Shown: positions 50,527 to 64,000 of the stretch, piece by piece
Numbering within the stretch: the stretch's first letter is position 1
How the letters are laid out: the number at the start of each line of letters is the position of its first letter
DNA from: Ascidiella aspersa
Taxonomy: Eukaryota
Direction: 5' to 3'
DNA length: 64,000 nucleotides
NCBI GenBank assembly: GCA_963924565.1
Contig: OZ004609.1
Span: forward strand, 24,118,001-24,182,000
The notes under the pieces: model-generated
The model's database searches: none
What the model saw: the letters and a program-made list of their open reading frames with translations, nothing else
What the model was told of the DNA's origin: nothing
Made by a program: the position numbers and the translations under genes

Positions 50527-53500
50527 ACAATTACAATTACCAGAGGAGCTGTTTTTGATTTATATTACCATGCCTGGTAGCAACAGTTTATATATATTGT
50601 ATTCACGTTTGTCGAGTAATGTTAATTTTGCATTTTTCTTGTTCTCAAAAGCGTTACACCGTTAATTGAAAAAAAGCGAATTCCCATATTTGGTGCGTGA
50701 ATTTGTTGCGTAAAGTTTAATGTTCTATATTTAATTAAAAGGCCTCCAAAAAATTCCAGTTTGGCTTTTATGTGTTGGCGTTACCGAACTCGACGTATCC
50801 GTCTGAACCAAAAATAACCCTTGATGTATCTTCCTGTAGTGTGCGGATCTAAATACCCCGTCCACGTCTTAAGCGCATGTTTGCATCGACGCAACCGAAC
50901 CATTACGTATCAAAATCTGAAGACATTACGCGACAAACGTTATCGCTTATTCGTGCCTAGAATCCAGCAGGCTGGGTCGAGCTGCTCATTACGTAAAGTC
51001 ACGAGTCTTGATGGCGTAGGAAGCACCACACGCACACAAATGGAGTGTAAAAGTTATTTCCCCGACGCAAATACGCGTCAAAATCTCGCTTTTTCAGAAA
51101 ACGTGACCTGCCCGGTTGGGGCTTTTCCCCGGCGTTTACGCAACGTACGTTGTGCCCTAATTTTGACATGCGTTGCGGTTTCCTTCATAAGGGTGGCAAG
51201 ACGTGGTTTCGTTTGACAAATCTAGATGCTTGCTGACTGATCACTTATACTGCTGATAAGAGTTGGAATATATCAGTATTAGACTTTAAGAAAGTATAAA
51301 CATAAACATAAAATCAGAATCACACTGAAAATGAAGCGAAGAGTTTTTCGTACAACGGTTCGTTCAACTCCAAAGTTTTCAAGTAAGTTTGTAAAGTTAT
51401 GGAGATACTATGTTCTCAAGGAATGTTTCGATTATAAAAATATTTTTTATCTGAAAAGCCAAAGTTTTTAGAAAGTCTATTACTTTGTTTACCAACTAGC
51501 GACCTTGGAAAAAAAGTTAAGTTTAATATTTTAAGTAAATGTAATACAATTTTATGGAACGAGCCACTTAGTAATGTATTCTTTACCCTAAACAGCTTCT
51601 ATAACCTAATAGAAAAATATTGTGTTCACGAACTTTTACGACGAAAATAATAGTCTTGTCTGCGAAAGGCTTGTTTTACAGAATTATTCTGTCTCCTAAA
51701 AAACCCAAGCTTCCAGGAAATACTATTATGCCGCTTCCCCTTGACTTGATTGCGTTCTTAAAACAATTATATGAAAGTGCTCTGTAAATTGGCAGTATTC
51801 CAGACGTGTACATTTTAATCAACACCTTGCATCGCCTTATGCTGCGCAATAATCACACATATTTGTCTTCAAATTTTCCAAGCAGATATTACTTGTTTTG
51901 CTCCAAATTTATCACGATAAAATTATTCTGATATGTTGTACATTTCCATGAAACAAAGATATTAACGACAATTGGCCGTATATTTTATGCTTATTGCTGT
52001 TTGTTCTGGGATAAATATATATAAAAGAAAGTGTGCGAATGTTAAATGTTGTAAATTGAAATAGTTTCCTTCAAGTTTTTAATTGGCTTGGCCGCGCAAT
52101 TTACGGGCCTGCCAGCATTCAGTCATGCTTTTAATATTGCTTGTTTTAATGTTGCTTGTTCAGCATTTTTCCTATTTATGTACTCAGCCTGAATCCGCAA
52201 TTAAGGCATTGGGTACTTCATCAACTCACTTTTTTATATGAATACATGATTTTGGGAGTCGCTAAATGGGGCTTCGCTCTAAAATGGTTAAATAAGCTGC
52301 TTTCTGGCGTCAAGGAAAGACGTATTTTTACAGCATTGCTTTGAATTAACTAAGAAGTACACTAAATGTTGCTATAAATTGTTTTTCCTAAAGTTACGAT
52401 ATTTACACGACCAACGCTCGTCGGGTTTACTTTTTAATTTTCAAAGCGTATTAGAAAGCACGCTACTCAATATTTGTGTGATTGTGTGTTTGAAGAAAGT
52501 GCTAGTAAACAATATTAAAGTCAACGTTTTGGTACGCCTGTCATTACGGGATTGTCAGATTTGTTGGGAATTATTAACGTATGATAGACAACAGGATCGA
52601 ACGTAAAGAAATTTTCTGTCTTTTTTCAGGAAACTGATAAGCTTTAGTAACGAGTTTATCGGTTTGCTTACGAGTACAATGTGCGTGACCATTCTGTCCG
52701 AAATAGGCATAACCAGTAGCGGTAACTTGCCTGTTGTCAGTCTCGTGTGCTGACTGCTGCGAACCAGGAAAATTACAAGATATTGCGGGTGAAAAACATT
52801 ACACGCTGGCCGCTTGTTGCAAAGGAGGCCAGAGCGTTCCGCCAGTCGAGGTTGTTTTCCTGTGACGCTACGAAACGCCAGAATGCGTTTGATTTGATAG
52901 GAGCGATGCTTTGTTCCCAGCTGATCGCCTGAGTATCGCAATTGCGCTACCGCCCGCAGGTATCATGTTAGTGTTTCAACAAGCGTTTTAACGTCATATG
53001 ATTGTTCGAAACTTGTACGACTGAACGCTCCTGCCACAGGATTTGACAGCACACAGGTAGGGTGGTCGCTGTTAACTCGATGTGCTTTGTATAAATTCAA
53101 GGATATTGTATTATCCGTGTTGCTTCCGATTATGTGTTTTCTGGTTCGATTATGTGTTTTCTGATTTTCTGGTTTTCCGCTAGGCTAGTTTTCACATACA
53201 CTTTATAAAAAATGGTATTTTCCTACTTTTTACGCGGTGGATATTTAGAGTTTTGGTGGACTTGCAAACTGACCAAGGGGTGAAACAGTCACAAAAACAT
53301 GGCTCGAAAAGCAGTCCGGCGCTATCTGAGTTGTCAAGCAAACTGGTCTGCTGCTTAGTGGACGTCAAGTCAAGGGCACCAGGATCGTGGAAACTACTAA
53401 AGCTTATCGGTTTTATAGGCGTCGTAGCCTCGATTAGATATATTCACCTCATGAGACACCACCGCTAGCCATCGTGGCGGCTGTGCGTTTGTTAAACAGT

Positions 53501-56500
53501 GCCTGAGCAGTTTTGTGGGGAATTTGGAATGGTCTGCAAACGCGTAGTTTCAGTTTGCAAATTTGCAAGTTGCTCACAGGCCCATTTGCTGCTGCGTATG
53601 GTGCGACCCGTTTTTAATATTTTTTTGCCTTTGCTGCGTAAACGAAAACAAGAAGGCACTTATTCCAGTCGTCATGTGACAGCACCAGCATAAAACGAAA
53701 TGATCTCAGCCTGTCACGAGTTTAATTGCTGCCCGTAGCCAGTGGCCATCTGTATATTTTTTGCTACCTCCGCCATTTCGCGTAAGCGGCCCGAAGCTTA
53801 GCGAAGACCGTGTCAGCAAGTTAGCACAAAGGCGAACGGACAGCGACTGTGATGAGTCAAGTATTGTTTCTCGATTGCCGTTCTGGTGGAGCGTTTGCGC
53901 AGCCAGTTTTGGTGTGTTGAGCGGTCGGAGATATTGTTGTTGTTGCCGTCGATGCTGCGCGAGCAAATTGAACGCTTGCGACACCAGTTCCAATCTTTTG
54001 CAATCGCGCAGTTAATCTTTAATAAGCGACCGAACTGGGTTCGCCGACCGGCAAACAGAGTAAGGGAAGGCGAGGTCGAGCGTAGGATAGCCTTGTAATC
54101 GCAGTTACAGAAAATCAGACGCGAAATTATAAAAAGATGTTTGTCAATGATCGTTTAAAAAACAAGATTAAAACTTTACTCACCTTTAAACTGGCGTTTT
54201 TTTTATTTTGTGTGCGCCACTTTGCTCGTTTCGCAGTGTTTCAACCTTTCGCTAGTAGAACAGGACGAGAGAAAAGCATCAATTCGACTTCCTTATGACT
54301 TCCCATCTTGCCTTTGTTTCCGCTGACCCTGTACACTCGACATACGCCGCGACGCGTCGCCTGCCCCCGTCTTTTGTTTCTCGCGAAGGAAATTGATCAA
54401 GGAAATTGAAATTTCTTGTAGAAATTTTCTTTTAGTAGACTTCGCGTTTGCTGGGCCCTCTTGCAATCCTTTTTTGAGAAACGTGTTCATCATATAAGGC
54501 AGTTGTTCTCACCCGTTTCTGGCCGTGTACCGTTTGTTGACCTCTAACTGTCGCTGCTTATCAACTGATGTAAAAATAATTTGCCTTAATTTACAAGCGC
54601 TAATTTTCATAACCTCTACATAAGACTTACAAACTACAGTTTCCGCTTACAACTAGTGGTACGTGTACTTTAGGTTGAGAACCGATTTAAAACAGACAGA
54701 CCATTATAAATGGACATGATAAGTGTCATAACTGACTCACTTGCCTATACTTACTCATATCTGCGAGATGCTTCGAGGGTTAATTTAAGTTAGATTTTTT
54801 TGGACTTTTGTCCAATGCTTATTCGATTAACAAACAAATCCGATCTAGTTGTGACTGCGGAAATTCCAAGATAAACGCACACAGTAATATACCCGCGCCT
54901 TCGTTAAATGCTGAGACCTTTGTTGGTCTCGCCTTCGAGCCAATTTTTTCGTTCGCCTGGTCGACGCAGCCAATTTTAAAGCAGTATGCTGGCATTTTCC
55001 AGGAAATAAAAGTTCGCAAAGTGGCCATGTAAGCTGGTGGACAGTGGCTGGTGCAGCCAAAGCGGCCATCAAAACATTCTCATTTACATGAATACTTTAC
55101 GACCAATAAAATCTTGGGAGAAACGACGTCCTTATCGCGCCGAACACCTCTCCCAAGCCAAAGCGCAATGGGCTGCATTTCGTGAGAAACGGCGCTTACT
55201 GTTGTGTGCTTAGTTCCAGGCTCGGAAATTTTCTGCTCGGATTGCGTGTTTTTGTTTGTTTGAACACTATGTATATGTTATGCTTTTTCCAACACTTCCA
55301 AGTCAAAAGCGTTTAACCCAAATAACACACTAAGCTCGGTGGCTAAATGTTAAGCTATTCCTGTGGACTAATACTTAAAACGTTTTAATACTTCTTCAAA
55401 TGATGTAATGGAGTTGAAGGAAAATGTATGAGCACCACGCGCACAAAAGTTTGTAGTTTTTCAAAAACTCGCAGCATTTAACACCTTTTAGTAACAGATC
55501 ACAATCACGCCATACTGCTAAAAATTACCTATGCAATACCGTGTATTCCTTTGTACTTGACGCAACGCCATCCTAAAAACGAAGAGGTGGGCGTAATCCT
55601 TTATGTCGGTTTGGCCGCGCCCACTTCTAAAATTCGATATCAATTGTCTTCTCCGCGCCTTTGTACGAGTGCCAGACTTCTGCCACACAATACACATCTA
55701 TTGTGCTTCAATACGGGACAAATGTGAATGTGGATTGTACACAGTACGGAACCTCGTGTGTCGTAGCCTTGTTATGTTCGCCTGTGTACACATTACTTCA
55801 GTTAGTTTTCAATTACGCTTATGCAAGGTATTCTTGAGTGAATGCCCCTTTTGTGAACAGACTTGAATCTCCAAAGAGCCAAGGTTTTTTCTCGGAAAAC
55901 GTGGTATTAATAATCACAAAAGTTTTCTTTTCGCACATATGTTTCTTCCAGGCGTAAGCACACGAAATCGACAGCTTCGCAAGTATTAAAGTGGCTAGCG
56001 TTTGTCCCAAAGTTTTACTACACTTAGCGAAATAGGCGACAATTTAGGACTCTGCGTCTGAGCCACGTTGTATCGCGTGTTGTTTGCCGCAGATATGCCG
56101 TAATCGTTCGTGTTGGGCTCTTTAAACAAGGCACGAGGCGCCGCAAACAACCTTACTGTGTCAAGTAGATGATTAATCGAAATGCTCAAGTCATTTCGTA
56201 TCCCGCTTTAACTGGCTGCAGAGGTGGACAAAGACAAAACGCGACACAGGCTGCCGTTGCTGGCAAGTTTGCAAAGCTGACCTCGGAATCGTGAGGATCA
56301 CAATCGGACTCTGTGTGTCCAGGGTAACAGGGAGGCCTGTAGTAATTCAAGATTTGTCTGGCAGCGTGGCAGGATAGTTTCGAATTCGCTTTACGAGGAC
56401 AGTGAAATAAAGTTTATTTATTATTTAAGGACAACCGTCGACTTAAAGTGAACGTTTCGTTGCAGGGTTATTTAGTCACAAAATACAAATAGGAAATTTA

Positions 56501-59500
56501 GGAAGCACTTTTTTGGTGTTTGGAAATTTACCAAAATGATGGAGGCCGACCGCCAATCAATGTACTGTGATATCGGCCTGCTGGCCTACAATAACGACAC
56601 ACCTTACCGCGATATGCTCAACGGCATTGCAGGTTAGTAAAAAACTGGTTCCTGGTCACGGTATTATTTAGCTTTCTTCAGACTTGTGACACCCGCAGAC
56701 TGCATTGACTGTTTTTGTGCAAAATACCAGCTTGTCTAAATATAAAGGAACGGAGTGATTACAATCCTGTGATTAAACCCACAAGGTTGCGTTTCGACCT
56801 GGAACTTCACAAATCAAAATAATGGTAGGGTATTTTATCCAAAAGTCACATCAGGTGTTTGAATACTATATATATATATATATATATAAAAAGAATAAAG
56901 CTTTTGTTTGATTTAATCTAGTTCTCTTGTCACGATTCCATAGCGTTGTAAATACTTTGGGATATTTTTAAAGGTAAAGATAAGGGGGTTATTCTTTTCT
57001 TTTGGCGTATTTTCGAAATTTCGAAAAAAGGCATTGCTGTAATATTAGACAATTAATTACAATATAGGAATCTGGTACGCGTAAAATGTGTTTGAAGTCC
57101 GTGTTTGTCTACGATTGTCGTAAATGCCCGCTTTATTTACCGTCCACCGTCGCAGGTCGAATGCCCAATTCTAAGTTCAGGCCTAAATCGATATACAAAT
57201 ATTTTGACCCTTTTCGTATTTACGTCCTTACGTCTCCGTTTGTCGGTCGGCGTGTTTCGAAGAAGATCTGCAAAATTTCGTACAAAGGAGAGATAATTAA
57301 ATAGCAGATCGAAAGTGCGAACAGATTTGAGCCACGTCCTACGCAAATGTTGTCTCTGCGAAATTCGCACAGAGCCGGTGTATATCGATTCAGCTTTACG
57401 GTCTTACCGAGCTTGTGCCTGCGCAACCTCGCGCGCGAGAGGTCACGTACGTCTATTCTTTCCCTGTTTGGACCTCGTTAATTTTTAACTGTCGCTGGCA
57501 TTTCGGCTGTTCTTTGAATGTCGCTTAAATCGGCATAAGGGGGTCACATCCCGCTTTTGGCTAAAAAAAAGAGCAAAACAAAATAAAGCACTCTATATAA
57601 TTGTTGGTCCCCCAACATCTCATCGCTGCTAATATATAGGGTGACCGACGGTGGTCGCAACGGGCGAGTATGTTTGAAGGTTAAATTTTACTTCCAATTG
57701 TTTTAAGATTTGCTTTTGCAAAGCGCGCAAATGGCGCCCACTTCTGCTTCTCCAAATCATGAGTTAGTGTTCACAATACCGGCCTGCCTATTGGCATGGC
57801 GTTCGTACGCCTCGCCAGTTTGCCTTGCTGCATCCTCAGGCCAAGCTCCACCTTAAATTCAAAAGTGATGGAAATAAGATACGCCCCTTTTCACGCGTGC
57901 GATTACAGTAATGCGTCTCTTGCGTCTGGCATTTCGGCCCGACGCTTCCAAGTATCGTAGCCGATCGCATCTTGATCGCTTGTTGTTTGTTTAGCCGATG
58001 TCTGTGTTACCGACGAACTCGCTCTGCGTTACCGACGAACTCGCGAGACGAGTCGCTTTACACGCTAAAAACGTCATATTTTGAAAGTTGAATAATTGAC
58101 TGTGCTTTATGTTAACCGTCATTCGAGTGCTTCGATTTTCTAATATCTTTCGTTTTATAGTTTCAATGCCCCGCTTCCGAAAGTAAATTGAAGCTCCTGG
58201 TTTTAGGATGAGCTAGTTTTCGAATGACAAGTAGTTCTCTCGTTTAACTGACCAGCAAGAGGAAAGCAGCTCACAGGTGTCGGCCACAGGTTTTATAACA
58301 AAACAGACTTTTATTCAGGTGACTTACGCGTCAGGTAAATCGCGAGATTCCACAAAAAGTTGGCTTTAATCCACCGCATAGCGATTGTGCACACCTATTC
58401 TTGTTGCATAAGTTTAGTTTAACCGAAGCTTGGTTGATAGATAGATGTTTGTCTGCAGACAGGCAGGTTAGTTGGAGAAATTTATTAACATCCCCCTTGA
58501 AATGCAAATTTCCTTGATAAAGAACTATTATGACGAAATTAACGTTTCGTGTGTTTTTTTAAATCTACTTAAAAGCTTTGCAGTTGTGCATTAGAAACAA
58601 TTTTCTTTAGCAAATTTTTTCAAGCATTTGAAAAGATTTAAAGGTCGGAGGCTTTCTGGATCATGTTTAACGTAGATTTTTTAATTTAGTCTATTAGAAA
58701 TCAATAAACGGCCAGATACCTTTTGCCTGCAAAATTGTTAGCCAACATAACCAGGTTTTTTTTTTAAGGTTTGGTTTGGGTGACCGCTAGTTTTAAGAGA
58801 CCGCAAGTGTTTCATTTAAATACCAAAAAGTAGCAAGTCCAAAATTTGGGAAACCGCTGGAGAATTTATTTATATTTTTTTTTCAAAACACTTTAAAAAA
58901 ACACTGAACATAACTGTACTTAATCTGTTTAATGACCGTTAGGTTCAAGTGAAATTTATTATGACGCCGACATTTTAGCGGTAGCAGACTAGCACGTCTT
59001 CGGGATTGTCGAGTTTTTTTTTATAGAATTCAACAACCAGCGCCTGTTATATTCGCGAATTGACAGCCGAGTTTAAAAACAGCGGCCACGTAATTCACTT
59101 CCATTGCGCAGCTTTGAAGCTATAGCAGGGTGGCACGTGGCAAGCTGGTAGCTTCGCGCGCAATTAACAAACAACAATGAGCGGAATTATTCATCATCGA
59201 CCAATGATTCAGGACGGCGGCGATTCGAGCTTTTCGCCTTCCTCCGTTTTATAATTGCCGATTTTTTTTTATTTCCCTCGAGCTGGAAGCGATTTTTGCA
59301 GTCCGCTCTGCAATTGTTGTTTTAAGAGGCTAACCGAAAACCATATGCGCTCGGATCAAGATCAGACCAGGTCCAATGCCTCTGAAGATCGGGTGTTGAG
59401 CCAGTTAAGTAGATTCGTGCGTGCGCTGTCAGTGACTTGTGATCGAAGTGACAGCTAAGCGTTCATGTTGCAGCGGGTTAGTCGTAGTAATTCGATTTAA

Positions 59501-60020
59501 AAAAGTTTTTTTATACCACGCTAAAACTTGTTTAGTTTTTGTTTTTCATTCAGCATTTTTTTTCAAAAAAATAATTTTTCAAAAAATTTTCAAAATCTTG
59601 CCTATTAGGTTTTTTCTGCTTTACTAGTTTTCAGCATAAAAAATCAGATAGATTGTGTTTGTAAGTTTTCTGATTAGTTTTTAAATTGTAGTAGAGTCCG
59701 TGGACTAATTGTCAAGAACAGTCAATTAATTTGCAGCGATCCGTCGTTTTCCGAGCTATTAATTAAACATACTAAAAAACTAATTATTTTCATTTTGTCC
59801 GCCATATTCTGTCTGCTTAGAAAGATAAGTTCATATACTGCTGGTAAAACATTACCAACTCAAGCGACCTTTCAAGGATTACCGAGTGACCCTTGGAGCC
59901 AACTAATGCGCAGCGATCGTTCGCTACTGCTACCTTAGTTACGCATTGACGCACGCGAAATCTCGGGCGTAAAACGCGGTGGTGACACACGCAAATCTGC
60001 GAGGACTTTGGCTCGCTACT

Positions 60021-62635
<2,615 letters not shown>

Positions 62636-63162
62636 GTGTGTAATATGTGACCTTATATGTCATGTGCTGCCTGTAGGGCCAGTTTTGCCTTGCTGTTTTT
62701 TTGGTCCCTTTGAAACGCTAAAACGTCTTACGCAGAGATTAGATCAAATTAAGTTGATCAAAAGCATTTTACTTTGTAAAATAGTTTAGTGCTTTGGTTG
62801 CATATGTTAGCTTGTTCAATGGGTTTGTTCGAAAAACAATATTGATTAAACGTATAAACCGTTCTGCTAATGTGCCGTTGTTAAATTATTTTGCAATGTA
62901 AATTTGGTACCTGTGTCCTGTGTGCAGCCCCACCGACACCGGTCGCTTACATCACCGATCTACACAACTTGCACGTTTTCCTTTTGTGCAATGTGTACTC
63001 AGCAGTCACAGTTGTTTGGTCGCGTACGCTAAGTCATTGAACATGAACCCGTTGTTGCAAGTTCAAGGTCGACATGACACGTCGCCCTTGCTTTTGTCGC
63101 GCCCTTTCTTTCTCGCCCTTTTTGTCCCAAACCCTGGCGGGGGCTTTGAACTTCATGTAAAC

Positions 63163-63494
63163 CAGTGGTTCTTAAACTTTTTTATCGTTAACCCCTAAAA
63201 AAGTTTTTGTTTTGCGTGTGCCAGGGTCGGCATAAAGTTTTAAAGATAACGTCATAAATTAATAGTAAAATGAAAATAGGCTTCAGAAATATGCTGCTCC
63301 ATTCCAAAAAATGTTAAATTGAAATGATGTCTGGATAGGAATTCAGTAAAAAAACGTTTAATTTTTATTTAAAATATGTTTTTGAATTTATCCCTATTCA
63401 AATCACATTAAGATTTCAGACATTCCTTTGTGGATCCCCTAAAAGTAGTCCACGTAACCCCAAGGGGTACATGACTCCAGTTTAAGAACCCCTG
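63163..63494. mobile_element. hAT-type MITE in HNF4 intron
   Basis: cagtggttcttaaact / agtttaagaacccctg termini, same TIR type as 39428-39763; tgtaaac at both junctions. Confidence 0.75.
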
Positions 63495-64000
63495 TAAACC
63501 AAAAGCTAAACTTCGCATTTTTATTCGGAGGTGAATATTTGAGAATCTAAAAGGCCTCGCCAGCAGTTTGGGAAGATGAAAATTTTCGGAAATTTAGAAA
63601 ATAGGTCTTCACATGCTATGGAAAATCTGACGAATACACTTAAATCACGCCTGAATGGCTGCAATGGTTTCTTGGCGTTGGAATTATACTTTTTGCTTTT
63701 ACAAATTTCCAGTGGAAATTGCAACCCGTCCACAGCCTACACCCCAACGTTGCCATGCTGTTAAATCTTAAAATTCGCTCGGGCCTATGTGGCCCTCTAC
63801 CTGTGTCCACAAATTTGCTTTCGAGACGACTTGAATTCTTTCGACTAATGAACGGCGACGTCGCCCGTCCTCTCGGCGCTGGCACGCACCTCGTATGTAT
63901 TGTTTATTTACCGGCGTTTGCACGCTCCCGATAACAACTGCCGATTGCGTTCACACCTAGACCCAGCAATGCTGCGAGCGCGTGCGGGCGGGCGACTCTC

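Overview
Eukaryotic, AT-rich, intron-containing DNA. It is most likely from an ascidian (tunicate): this is inferred from an arthropod-type phenoloxidase, an LDLa-only LGR-like GPCR, compact introns and many small hAT-type MITEs. Five spliced genes were reconstructed by hand with consistent intron phases. (1) 342-13634 (+): a 5'-truncated, 21-exon, >1200-aa type-3 copper protein (hemocyanin/prophenoloxidase fold) with large extra N- and C-terminal domains. (2) 14570-20448 (-): a WSCD-type WSC-domain sulfotransferase. (3) 21378-27103 (-): a single-pass Cys-repeat/PPxY membrane protein with a recently duplicated exon. (4) 31469-41615 (-): an LDLa-repeat class-A GPCR without LRRs. (5) 60021-62635+ (+): HNF4, 3'-truncated. 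The strongest candidate for a new system is gene 1. It is a latent-looking phenoloxidase joined in one reading frame to an upstream region resembling the tail of a bacterial-type metzincin protease plus an Ig-like domain, and to a downstream jelly-roll-like domain resembling the one in actinobacterial SGNH hydrolases. This suggests a possible self-activating, partly HGT-derived enzyme. Those domain resemblances come from recall and pattern recognition, not from a search. Introns and intergenic DNA contain many MITEs with target-site duplications, and there is a minimal hammerhead-ribozyme motif near 50.5 kb.
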